A DNA stretch of 39,967 bases from Fibrobacterales bacterium. GTDB taxonomy: Bacteria > Fibrobacterota > Fibrobacteria > Fibrobacterales > JAOPTW01. Of this stretch, positions 1 through 9,248 are shown piece after piece. The stretch is from the NCBI GenBank assembly GCA_051532035.1, contig JAOPTW010000002.1, positions 1-39,967 of the forward strand, in the 5' to 3' direction. Under the pieces are notes generated by a model. It had not been told where the DNA came from, did no database searches, and was given only the letters and a program-made list of their open reading frames with translations. Numbering within the stretch: the stretch's first letter is position 1; each line of letters begins with the position of its first letter. Both the position numbers and the translations under genes were made by a program.

Positions 1-35
1 ATCTGGCCCTTTCTGTTATAATACAATTTACGTAT

Positions 36-1553
36 TTACTTGATAATTACTTCAGCATAAACCCCTGTATCCACACTATATTTCACAAAATAATTTCCCT
101 GATTCAATTCAAGACTATTAATAGCCATTCTTGCATCGGCAAAATTAACGTTAGAAAGTGCAACATATAGCTTGCCACTGAAGTCATACACCTGAACACG
201 CTCAATTAATGATGAAGACTGTATTTCCGAAACACTTTTCATGGCCCCATAAAGTGACACAACGCCTTCTGACCCACCTTCTTCTGAAGATTCAGACGAA
301 ACATCCTCTTCATCCTCAATAGAAGACGATTCAAGCATTGAAGACAACTCATCTATTTCTTCACCCGAAGACATAGCATCAGATGAACTACTCATAATGT
401 TTGAAGATGAAACAACATCCTCACTCGATAATTCAGAAGAGGAGAACTCAACCACCACGGAAGATGATGATTCTCCAGCACTAGAAAACTCACTTGACTC
501 ATCAAACTCAGGAAGAGTATCTAAGGCATTCCAGCGCTCCAAAAGAAATTCCTTCATCTTAAGACCAACATCAGAGAAATCTGCATCAGACCACATTGCT
601 GCATCCCCACCAGTCCCTTTTTTTAACATAGAATCAAACTCATAGTCATCGACCGCACTATCCTGCCAACCATCTTTGCAAGTATTTGGGCCCCCAATTG
701 TTCTACACTGCTCAACCTTATCATTAACCGACCAATAGGTAAAGCCCACTTTATTATCTCTTATGGCCTGCAACCACAAATCAAACTCTGCCTCTAAGTT
801 TTGAGGACTTCGTAAACTACCCCAAATTCCCCACTCATTTATAAATAGAGGTATGCCACTGCTTATCCAATTCCCAATGCTGCTTCTTAGGCCTTCTCCA
901 TGAGTATTTACATAAAAATGAAGAGAGTAGACCTGATTACCAGAAGGCAGGGGTGGATTATTAAAAGCTTCTTCAGGCTTCTGAGACCAAAATGATGTAC
1001 CTACATGAATAATATTATCAGGGTCAATTGCACGAATAGCACTTACTACTCGGTCAGAGTAAGGCTTAATAAGTGATCCATAATCAATCATTTCAGGTTC
1101 ATTATAAATCTCATACATTACATTGGGTACTTCACCATATTTTGTAGCCATCTCTTCAAAAAATGCCACAGCGTCATCCGTCTCTTCATGAGCATCATGA
1201 GAATGCCAGTCAATTATGACATAAATACCCCTCGCAATACATGCATCAACAACATCTATTACCTTTTGTTTTTCCACATCATTATTATCTCTATATGCAT
1301 GAGAATCCATAGCCGCCCGCACAACAGTCACTTTCCATTCATCAACGAAATAATCAATTACTGTCCTATTATAGTATTGCTCTGAATCACCACTCCAAAA
1401 AAGACTTACCCCAGGAAGCGCAATTGGATCTCCAGACTCATTCACCATATACTGACCATCAACACTCAACTGTCCATACACTTCAACAATACTTTTTGCC
1501 TGAACAGCAACCCCCAAGATCCCTACAAGCCCTATTACAAATAAATTCTTCAT
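36..1553 (-). CDS. Secreted GH5 (cellulase-type, subfamily 2-like) glycoside hydrolase with Ser/Glu-rich linker and T9SS type-A-like C-terminal domain
   Basis: Signal peptide (..AVQA-K); GH5 motifs IIDWHSH, YEIYNEP (acid/base), HFY, FINEWG (nucleophile); poly-Ser linker; C-terminal VYDFSGK...GNYFVK..IIK. Confidence 0.9.
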   Translation of the reverse strand: MKNLFVIGLVGILGVAVQAKSIVEVYGQLSVDGQYMVNESGDPIALPGVSLFWSGDSEQYYNRTVIDYFVDEWKVTVVRAAMDSHAYRDNNDVEKQKVIDVVDACIARGIYVIIDWHSHDAHEETDDAVAFFEEMATKYGEVPNVMYEIYNEPEMIDYGSLIKPYSDRVVSAIRAIDPDNIIHVGTSFWSQKPEEAFNNPPLPSGNQVYSLHFYVNTHGEGLRSSIGNWISSGIPLFINEWGIWGSLRSPQNLEAEFDLWLQAIRDNKVGFTYWSVNDKVEQCRTIGGPNTCKDGWQDSAVDDYEFDSMLKKGTGGDAAMWSDADFSDVGLKMKEFLLERWNALDTLPEFDESSEFSSAGESSSSVVVEFSSSELSSEDVVSSSNIMSSSSDAMSSGEEIDELSSMLESSSIEDEEDVSSESSEEGGSEGVVSLYGAMKSVSEIQSSSLIERVQVYDFSGKLYVALSNVNFADARMAINSLELNQGNYFVKYSVDTGVYAEVIIK

Positions 1554-1994
1554 AACTCTCTCTTTATCTAGCTATGACTTATAGTGCTATACTGTGCAAA
1601 GTATGTATACCCTATATAAGCCGTGTGTATATGTGTCATAAAAATACTTATCTCTTTGTGAATTGCTTACAAACTCACCAGCAAAAACTCAAATCCAAGG
1701 ACACCCCTGTCCACAGCCAAAAGAACCAGTCGCCCGCCTTCCCTCACATCAACTATTTACAATCCACAAGATCCACAAATAGAAACAAAGATCCCCATTG
1801 TAGACTACCAACAATCAAATATTCCATGGCAATCTAAAGAGAAACACCAATAAGACAAATTTAAGGCTTATTTTATGGACAAACCAGTCCAAAGTGTAGA
1901 CTATTTTTTAACATTTACTTTGTTTTACCTATATATTAACCTAGATTATCTACAACAAAATAAATTGGGTACACGACATACCCAGGGAGAAACA

Positions 1995-3488
1995 ATGAAA
2001 AAAATACTTACACTTATGTTAATGATCTTAACATTTGCCTTCCTATCGGCATGTTTTGACTCAGGAACATCAACAACTTCAGAAAATGACAGCTCATCTG
2101 ATGACGCAGTATCATCTCAAGAAGCTACAGGCACAGACAAAGAGTCGTCTTCGGAAGACGATACTGACAATGAATCTTCTGAAGTAAACACTGACAAAGA
2201 TTCTTCAGCAAAAGCCGACAATGAATCTTCAGAAGGTGCTGGTACAGACAAGGATTCCTCTTCTGAAGGTGCTCCTGACAAAGATTCTTCTTCTGAGACA
2301 AATCCAGGAACAGATTCATCAGAAGACAAAGCGATATCTTCTTCTTCTGAGCCAGACCCTGTAAGTAGTGATACCTCTATTGACACTGGCGGTGCCCCAG
2401 CAGGTAGCCCAGTAGCAAAATACGGATTTCTCACCACAAAAGATAATACACTCTGGTCAGAAAAAGCCAGCGAAGCAGTGCAACTTATTGGAATGAGCCT
2501 TTATTGGAGCCAATGGGGTGCAACAACATCAGGATCCTTCTACAAGGAAGAAATCGTGAGCTGGCTAGCACTAGATTGGAAAATTGATGTTATAAGAGCG
2601 GCAATAGGAACTTTTGAAGAAGGGGAAGGCGATGTTACAGATGCAGATGGCAACCCAACCGGTGATAAAGAACATAATCCATCTGGATATATGCAAAAGC
2701 CAGATATTGAAATGGCAAAAGCAGTTGCTGTAATAGATGCCGCAATAGCAAATGGCATTTATGTAATTGTAGATTGGCATGATCACCATGCTGACGAACC
2801 AGAGCATGCAATCGCAGAAAAAGAATTTTTCACAGAAATTGCAACAAAATATGGCGAATACCCAAACATTATTTATGAAACATTTAATGAGCCAAAAGTT
2901 GACGGTTCTCAAGGACCAGGATACCTAGGGTTCTCATGGGATGAAGCCCGTATAATGACCCATCAACAAGAAGTAATTGATGTTATTAGAGCAATCGACT
3001 CTAAAAACCATGTTATTGTTGGCAGTAAAGCTTGGTCATCTAATCCAATAGATGTAGCAAATGCTGTCGAAAACGGCGTGTTAACCGATGGCAACATTTC
3101 TGGCGCTATGCACTTATACGCAGACAAATTAATGGATGCAGGCAAAGGCTGGGATTTCAATCATGTAGAAACACACATCCCAAGATCACAAGAGGCTCTT
3201 GATAAAGGCTTACCTGTTTTCGCATCAGAATGGGGTACAAGTGACCCTGTTGTTCAATTAGAAGTTGGCGTTGAAGAGACAGAAGTTTGGGTTAAATGGA
3301 TGAAAGACAACAAAGTGAGCTGGTGTAACTGGTCAGTCCACGACAAAGAAGAAGCAAATTCAGCACTGGTACTCGATGCAAGCTTAAAAGGCAACTGGGG
3401 TCCTGATGAACTTACAGAATCTGGACTTCTCATACGCAAAATTATTCGTGAAGCACATGGTGAGCCAGGTGAAGACTTTCCAAACTAA
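1995..3488 (+). CDS. GH5 endoglucanase-type lipoprotein with N-terminal Ser/Asp-rich linker
   Basis: Start moved from 1875 to ATG 1995 (RBS GGGAGA at 1985-1990, MKK plus hydrophobic stretch, lipobox LSAC); motifs VDWHDH, YETFNEP, HLY, ASEWG, WCNW. Confidence 0.9.
   Translation: MKKILTLMLMILTFAFLSACFDSGTSTTSENDSSSDDAVSSQEATGTDKESSSEDDTDNESSEVNTDKDSSAKADNESSEGAGTDKDSSSEGAPDKDSSSETNPGTDSSEDKAISSSSEPDPVSSDTSIDTGGAPAGSPVAKYGFLTTKDNTLWSEKASEAVQLIGMSLYWSQWGATTSGSFYKEEIVSWLALDWKIDVIRAAIGTFEEGEGDVTDADGNPTGDKEHNPSGYMQKPDIEMAKAVAVIDAAIANGIYVIVDWHDHHADEPEHAIAEKEFFTEIATKYGEYPNIIYETFNEPKVDGSQGPGYLGFSWDEARIMTHQQEVIDVIRAIDSKNHVIVGSKAWSSNPIDVANAVENGVLTDGNISGAMHLYADKLMDAGKGWDFNHVETHIPRSQEALDKGLPVFASEWGTSDPVVQLEVGVEETEVWVKWMKDNKVSWCNWSVHDKEEANSALVLDASLKGNWGPDELTESGLLIRKIIREAHGEPGEDFPN
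2136..2300 (+). repeat. Degenerate in-frame tandem repeat (six 24-30 bp units, D-[KN]-[DE]-S-S) in the GH5 linker
   Basis: Units start with GACAA at 2136, 2166, 2193, 2217, 2247 and 2277. Confidence 0.8.
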
Positions 3489-3528
3489 TACCTCCTTTTA
3501 GAGGGCACGACCCAGAGGACTATTTTCG

Positions 3529-3567
3529 AAAAAAGGGGCCAATGCTAACGCATTGGCCCCTTTTTTT
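3529..3567 (+). terminator. Intrinsic terminator (bidirectional shape) after the first GH5 lipoprotein
   Basis: AAAAAAGGGGCCAATGC-TAAC-GCATTGGCCCCTTTTTTT perfect hairpin with T-tract. Confidence 0.92.
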
Positions 3568-3683
3568 ATCCCACTTTTCAAATATGTCAAAATTCCAAAT
3601 AATCCATCTGCTTTCTATTTCCTTCCTCATTTATTCAAAATCATAATTAGATTTTAAATACACACCCTATATTGGACACACAA

Positions 3684-5117
3684 ATGAAGAAGTTCTACAC
3701 CACACTTCTTGCAATAACTCTTGCAAGTAGCTTGTCAGCCTGTCTAGGCACAACAGTTTCAGATAATAATTCATCCTCAAGCGCCGAAGAATCATCGACA
3801 GATAGTTCAGAGGTATATAGTTCAACTGAAGAATCATCATTTCAAGAGTTTAGTTCCGAAGAAGAGTCATCCACTGAAGAGATGAGTGCATCAGGCATAA
3901 GCTCTGAAAGTTTAGAATCATCTAATGACAACCTTCTAAGCTCCGAAGAACTCTCATCAAGTATCGAAGTTTCTTCGTCTTCTTCAGTTGAAAAACCACT
4001 CAGTAGTGAAGCACTCAGCAGCTCTTCAGAAAAAATATCCTCATCAAGTGAACCTGAACCAATTGATTTTGGTGAAAAGTATGGCGCCCCTGAAGGCTCC
4101 CCTGTCGCTCTTCATGGTAGACTCTCAACAGATGCCCACCTTATTGTAGGCGAAGATGGTCTTCCTGTGCAACTCATTGGCATGAGCCTCTTCTGGAGTC
4201 AATGGCAAGGGGACTTTTATAATGAGGATGTGATAAACTGGCTAGTCAAAGACTGGAAAATTGATGTTGTTCGAGCCGCTATGGGTGTTGACCACGAAAA
4301 AGGCGGAGGGGCTACAGGGTATACTATTTTCCCTGATATTGAATTTGCTAAAGTTGAAGCGGTAGTACAGGCAGCTATAGACAATGGCATTTATGTAATT
4401 GTCGATTGGCATGACCACTTTGCAAACCACCCAGAACAATGGAACAAGTCAAAAGAGTTTTTTGATATGGTTTCTAAAAAATACAAAGATATCCCCAATG
4501 TAATTTATGAAATATTTAATGAGCCAACATCAGTAGGGCCTATTGACTGGAACATGGACCCCAGCTTCAATTGGGCATCTGTAGAACCCTATATGGATGA
4601 GATTATTCAGGTAATTCGCGCAAATGACCCCTTTAATCATATTGTGATCGGAAGCCCAACCTGGTCTTCAGAACCATTTACTGCGGCAACAAGTGTAGAG
4701 AATGGAAAAATTAATGATCCAGAAAACAATTTTTCTTTCACTATGCATTTTTATGCGAAAGCTCACAAAGAAGGACATAGGGAGAACTCACAAAAAACTA
4801 TGGACTTAGGGTACCCCGTATTTGCAACAGAATGGGGCACCAGTGATGCTGTTAAACAAGAATCTATAGATGTTGAAAGTACAAAAATATGGATTGATTT
4901 TATGAAAGACCCAAATCGCATGATGAGCTGGTGTAACTGGGCTATCAGTGACAAACACAACCCAGGTGGCGGCGAAAGCGAAGCCAATGGCGCCTTATAC
5001 AGAGGAGCCCCTACCGATGGTAATTGGGGGCCAGAACACTTAACAGAATCAGGCAAACTCATTCGTTCGATACTCAGAGAAGCCCATGGCGAAGTTGGAG
5101 ATAGCTTCCCCAATTAA
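3684..5117 (+). CDS. GH5 endoglucanase-type lipoprotein, paralog of 1995..3488
   Basis: ATG 3684 gives MKKFY..LSAC lipobox; Ser/Glu linker; VDWHDH, YEIFNEP, HFY, ATEWG; C-terminus REAHGEVGDSFPN mirrors the paralog's REAHGEPGEDFPN. Confidence 0.9.
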   Translation: MKKFYTTLLAITLASSLSACLGTTVSDNNSSSSAEESSTDSSEVYSSTEESSFQEFSSEEESSTEEMSASGISSESLESSNDNLLSSEELSSSIEVSSSSSVEKPLSSEALSSSSEKISSSSEPEPIDFGEKYGAPEGSPVALHGRLSTDAHLIVGEDGLPVQLIGMSLFWSQWQGDFYNEDVINWLVKDWKIDVVRAAMGVDHEKGGGATGYTIFPDIEFAKVEAVVQAAIDNGIYVIVDWHDHFANHPEQWNKSKEFFDMVSKKYKDIPNVIYEIFNEPTSVGPIDWNMDPSFNWASVEPYMDEIIQVIRANDPFNHIVIGSPTWSSEPFTAATSVENGKINDPENNFSFTMHFYAKAHKEGHRENSQKTMDLGYPVFATEWGTSDAVKQESIDVESTKIWIDFMKDPNRMMSWCNWAISDKHNPGGGESEANGALYRGAPTDGNWGPEHLTESGKLIRSILREAHGEVGDSFPN

Positions 5118-5151
5118 GCACAAAAAATGAACGAATCATTATACTATATCA

Positions 5152-5178
5152 AAAGGCTGTACTCACTGTACAGCCTTT
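5152..5178. terminator. Bidirectional terminator between convergent GH5 and DUF5329 genes
   Basis: AAAGGCTGTAC-TCACT-GTACAGCCTTT. Confidence 0.8.
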
Positions 5179-5536
5179 ATTGTTTTAAACTTTTTCTAAA
5201 AGCGTGAAGGGTATCGAGAAGCCATTGGCTGCTTTTTGTATGAGCCGAGTCACAGACAATATAATACTCCTTCCCCGAAAAGGTGCTCTTACTTGCGGCA
5301 AGACGAATAAAATCTTCAGCAGAAGAAATATCATCAGAGTAATAGTCATATTTTTTCTGAATATGCTTAATAGCATCTACACCAGAATAACGGTCACCGT
5401 TTCTCTCAAATGCGCACTTGGTATTTTGTACCACCCCCATAAGCAGCTCAATCTCTTTTTTATACAACCCATCAGCGAAACAGAATACCGATGTGCAAAT
5501 CACAACACCAATGACTCCTTGACTTATCTTCAACAC
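5177..5536 (-). CDS. DUF5329 (YfeK-like) small exported protein
   Basis: Signal-like N-terminus; EI..L...C.F.RNG..Y....A..H...K, I.SAEDFI...ASKS..SGK.Y...C, S.QWL pattern; GGAG upstream of GTG start. Confidence 0.75.
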   Translation of the reverse strand: MLKISQGVIGVVICTSVFCFADGLYKKEIELLMGVVQNTKCAFERNGDRYSGVDAIKHIQKKYDYYSDDISSAEDFIRLAASKSTFSGKEYYIVCDSAHTKSSQWLLDTLHAFRKSLKQ

Positions 5537-5713
5537 TACAAAACTCCAATTAATTTACCACCTCCCTACAATCTACATTTCCTCAAATAAATGAGTCGAA
5601 ACTTTATGTACCTGTAACAATGTGTAACGTATGGCCTATTAGGCAATTTTCCACTACCTACCTAAAGGTTTAAAACGTAGTATTAAGAGAATAACTCATA
5701 CGTAGAACACACT

Positions 5714-6859
5714 ATGAAACACCTTAATCGATACACCGCCATTGCCCTACTCGGAGGAGTACTATTGTCTACTGCATACTCTAACCCAAAAATCGACTCA
5801 CTCTCACAGAAAAACATAGAATTGAAAAGCATTCCACCACTCGTTAGTAGTAAAAAAAATGACGGTAAATTCATCAACGACAAAGAGTTTAACCTTTTCG
5901 AGTTAGGTAAAGCATTAGGCATGTTTAAGCGCTGGATATTTGAAAAAAAAATAAATAGTGTACCTTCAATAGAGATTCCTATCAACAAACAAAACGTTTC
6001 AGACTTATCCCCTATCCACAAGGGAGATGTCGAATTAACCCGCCTTGGTCACTCAAGTATTTTAATTCGTAACAGTGATGCAGTTTGGCTCATTGACCCA
6101 GTATTTAGTGAGCGAGCATCTCCAGTACAATGGGCGGGCCCCAAACGTTTCCACCCCGTCCCGCTTGATTATGCAAATCTCACTAACATCGAAGGGGTTG
6201 TTATTTCTCATAATCATTACGATCATCTCGACGAAGGCACCATCAAATTAATACATGAAAAAGTGACGTTTTTTGCTGTTCCGTTAGGAATTGGCGAAAC
6301 ACTTATTGATTGGGGCGTCGATCCTAAAAAAATTAATGAATTTGATTGGTGGCAAAACAAACAACTCGGGACCATGAATATCACTGCCGCCCCAGCACAA
6401 CACTTTAGTGGGCGAGGATTATTTGACAGCATGGAAACCCTCTGGTGTGGCTGGGCGCTTCACACAGGAAGCGCAAATATATATTACACTGGCGACAGCG
6501 GTTATTTTGATACATTTAAACAAATAGGCAAAACCCTTGGGCCATTTGATATTGCAATTGTCGAGACTGGCGCCTATGACCCTCAATGGCCTGATGTACA
6601 TATGAAGCCAACTGAAAGTATACAGGCCACTATTGATCTTAGGGCCAAAGCGATATTACCGGTACACAATGGCACCTTTGACCTCGCCTTCCATAGCTGG
6701 GATGACCCTTTTAAACAGATTACCGCACTGGGTAAAGAGCAACATACCCCTGTCTATACTCCCATTATGGGAGAATCCTTTTTAATAAACCACCAAGTAG
6801 TTACCACTCAGTGGTGGTCAGACAGTACAACTGTTGTACAAAACAGTACTACAGATTAA
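5714..6859 (+). CDS. MBL-fold metallo-hydrolase, RomA/NAPE-PLD-like, exported
   Basis: LGHSS, DPVFS.RASP, SHNHYDHLD (HxHxDH), PAQHFSGR, GDSGY, HM.P; signal peptide. Confidence 0.85.
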   Translation: MKHLNRYTAIALLGGVLLSTAYSNPKIDSLSQKNIELKSIPPLVSSKKNDGKFINDKEFNLFELGKALGMFKRWIFEKKINSVPSIEIPINKQNVSDLSPIHKGDVELTRLGHSSILIRNSDAVWLIDPVFSERASPVQWAGPKRFHPVPLDYANLTNIEGVVISHNHYDHLDEGTIKLIHEKVTFFAVPLGIGETLIDWGVDPKKINEFDWWQNKQLGTMNITAAPAQHFSGRGLFDSMETLWCGWALHTGSANIYYTGDSGYFDTFKQIGKTLGPFDIAIVETGAYDPQWPDVHMKPTESIQATIDLRAKAILPVHNGTFDLAFHSWDDPFKQITALGKEQHTPVYTPIMGESFLINHQVVTTQWWSDSTTVVQNSTTD

Positions 6860-7727
6860 GCGGGTTTTGGTCAACGAGAGCACTATAGGGTGAGGTATCT
6901 TGAGGTATTGCGCCGGGCAATGTACAGATTGATGCAGCAAAAGAGTGAGCCCTAGGGATCACTTTTCTCCGTTCAGTACCAAAATACATTGCATAGAGAA
7001 GCGCCGCACTAAAAGCATCGCCCGCACCTACAGTATCGACCACAACCATATCGGAATGCGGAACAAAGGCACATTCAAAAAGTCCATCCTCTAAAATACT
7101 AATGGACCCCTCTGCACCTAATGTACAATAGACTTCAATAAGATCCCATTCACTTTTAAGCCATTCAAGAATTGTCGGGATATCACTTCCTTGATCAAAT
7201 AACTTTCCAAGCGTTAGAGCTTCTTCGTCGCTCATTTTTAAATAGTTTGCTCGCTCTAATGACCACTCAATAGTTTCTTTCGTATAAAGAGGAGCTCTTA
7301 AATTAAGATCACAAAACGTTCTGGTCATTCTACTCTTACCACGAAGCTGATCGAAGCTTTTTCTATTATCTTCACTGATCATTGCCAGGGTCCCAAAGAC
7401 AAGTATCACATAGACACCTGCCCCGTCTGTTTCAATATGTTCCCAAGCAGAACCACGATCAATAGAAAACGAATGTCCCTCCTCCCCCATAGTAATAGTA
7501 GCAACACCTGTTTTTTTATCAGGACTCACACCAACTTTTGAATCAAGACTCAACCCATTCAATAATTGGCCTGCAAGACTGCCATAATGATCCATTCCAA
7601 TTTCACTAATAAGCTCTACATCAACTCCTAAGCGTTTCAAATGAACAGCTACATTGAGCGGAGCGCCACCTACGACCTGCTTATCGGGAAAACAATCGAC
7701 TACAATTTCTCCAAAACATCCTATCAT
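6849..7727 (-). CDS. PfkB-family carbohydrate kinase (probable fructokinase)
   Basis: GGAPLNVA, DLNLR, DTVGAGDAF PfkB signatures; last gene of the sucrose operon. Confidence 0.85.
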   Translation of the reverse strand: MIGCFGEIVVDCFPDKQVVGGAPLNVAVHLKRLGVDVELISEIGMDHYGSLAGQLLNGLSLDSKVGVSPDKKTGVATITMGEEGHSFSIDRGSAWEHIETDGAGVYVILVFGTLAMISEDNRKSFDQLRGKSRMTRTFCDLNLRAPLYTKETIEWSLERANYLKMSDEEALTLGKLFDQGSDIPTILEWLKSEWDLIEVYCTLGAEGSISILEDGLFECAFVPHSDMVVVDTVGAGDAFSAALLYAMYFGTERRKVIPRAHSFAASICTLPGAIPQDTSPYSALVDQNPLNL

Positions 7728-7738
7728 ATGTAACCCTC

Positions 7739-9238
7739 CTATTCAGGTCCTGAAATCTCACTGTGAATATCAGCCAACGTGCAGCGCTGTGATGCATACT
7801 CCTCTTGTGGCTCATTAATTTTATACATATGCGAGTCATGTAACGAAACTTTAGAACTCGCACAATACAACCCTATATAATCGTTTTCATAGATATAATC
7901 TACCAATGATATTTTAACAATTCCATCAATTGAAACCTCTATGTAATTACCATAGTTAACCAGCTTGAATTCATAAGTATTATTATGATTTACTTTGAAA
8001 ACATTACTCTGTAAATTTTTAAAGATAAAGTTACTCTTCGGGTTACTTTCATCAAAACCCCAGGCACGGATCTGAACCAAACCGTTTACACAATCAAGAG
8101 AAAGAAAATACCCATTTCCCTGAGTATCCATATCAAAGACTAATCCACACTTACCCATTCCCTCAATAGTAATGGTGCCTTCAAAAATAAAACTCGGAGA
8201 GATCTGCTTTATGAGAAACACTTCATAGCCACTTTTGCATTCAAATACATGAGTCGCTTCTAATTTTTTGTATGACCCAGTCGGATTAGAATTTATAGGG
8301 AAAAATCCCAAATATTCAGATTGATGAATCGCTGCTTGCTTCATCAACTCCCATCGATAATAACTCTTCAATTCAAGCTGCCCGCGGTCATTTACTGAAA
8401 GTTCTTTTGGCGGAGGCAATGTTCTATGTGAATTCACATCATCCCCCATGACATAAAAACAATATATTAATAGATGCTTGCCATCGTTAACTACTCGAGC
8501 CGCATAGTTCCCTGGCGGTAGCAACACATCATTATGAAATGAGTGATACTCACCTTTTAAGTCTGGGGCATACCAATAGCGCACTTTAACATCTTCTCTT
8601 ATAGACCCAATTAAATAGTAATAATCCTTGATTTTAAATAGACAAGGGCATTCCACATCATCATAAGCATAAGGATGCAAAAGTGGTTGTGTCAATTTAA
8701 AAGAATTACCCATTTTTTCAGCAAGCGCAACGACACCTCGTCTCGATATAGGCCCTGTATTACTACGAGCACAAATCAACATGTACTCTTCACCTCCCTC
8801 TTTATAGATAAAAGGGTCTCTAAAACTTGCCCATCCACGAGGGTTATCGTCAATATCTTCGTAAAAGGGAGGTCCGGGTTCAAGCGGAAAGCCATTACCT
8901 TCTATTTTTTTCCAGTGATAGAGGTCTTTTGATCGAGCCCTGCCAATACGCTGTACCGCACCTTTATCTTCCATCATAAGGCCCGTATAGTACATGATAA
9001 ACCAGTCGTCCTCTAACACAACATTCATTGTCCAGAGCATATCGTCATCCCAAGACCCTGGATCCCCAACAAAGACGGCGTTTTCAACTCTACGCCATGA
9101 GATTCCATTGTCTGAAACGGCATGAGCAATATAATCGTGATTGGGAATAATCAAATGAAACAGATGATACAGGCCATTGTGTTTAATAACATCAATATCA
9201 CCAATTTCCCATTCACTAAATCCTCTTCCTGAATACAT
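7739..9238 (-). CDS. GH32-like beta-fructosidase/invertase (cytoplasmic)
   Basis: Beta-propeller motifs HAVS.NG..W, SKDLYHW, FRDPF, VECP; C-terminal beta-sandwich-like region; no signal peptide. Confidence 0.72.
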   Translation of the reverse strand: MYSGRGFSEWEIGDIDVIKHNGLYHLFHLIIPNHDYIAHAVSDNGISWRRVENAVFVGDPGSWDDDMLWTMNVVLEDDWFIMYYTGLMMEDKGAVQRIGRARSKDLYHWKKIEGNGFPLEPGPPFYEDIDDNPRGWASFRDPFIYKEGGEEYMLICARSNTGPISRRGVVALAEKMGNSFKLTQPLLHPYAYDDVECPCLFKIKDYYYLIGSIREDVKVRYWYAPDLKGEYHSFHNDVLLPPGNYAARVVNDGKHLLIYCFYVMGDDVNSHRTLPPPKELSVNDRGQLELKSYYRWELMKQAAIHQSEYLGFFPINSNPTGSYKKLEATHVFECKSGYEVFLIKQISPSFIFEGTITIEGMGKCGLVFDMDTQGNGYFLSLDCVNGLVQIRAWGFDESNPKSNFIFKNLQSNVFKVNHNNTYEFKLVNYGNYIEVSIDGIVKISLVDYIYENDYIGLYCASSKVSLHDSHMYKINEPQEEYASQRCTLADIHSEISGPE

Positions 9239-9248
9239 ATTTATCTCA

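Noticed and set aside
397..645. Ser-rich antisense ORFs (also 2117..2437 and the many short ORFs nested in long genes)
   Set aside because: Shadows of real genes on the opposite strand or in another frame; no independent motifs
1574..1837. 87-aa ORF between the divergent GH5 genes
   Set aside because: No RBS, no recognisable domain, and it occupies the expected promoter region
1875..1994. N-terminal extension of the first GH5 lipoprotein in the ORF track
   Set aside because: RBS and lipoprotein signal fit ATG 1995
2136..2300. CRISPR-like periodicity
   Set aside because: In-frame degenerate coding repeats without unique spacers; no cas genes in the window
5204..5590. 128-aa plus-strand ORF
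   Set aside because: Antisense to the better-supported DUF5329 gene
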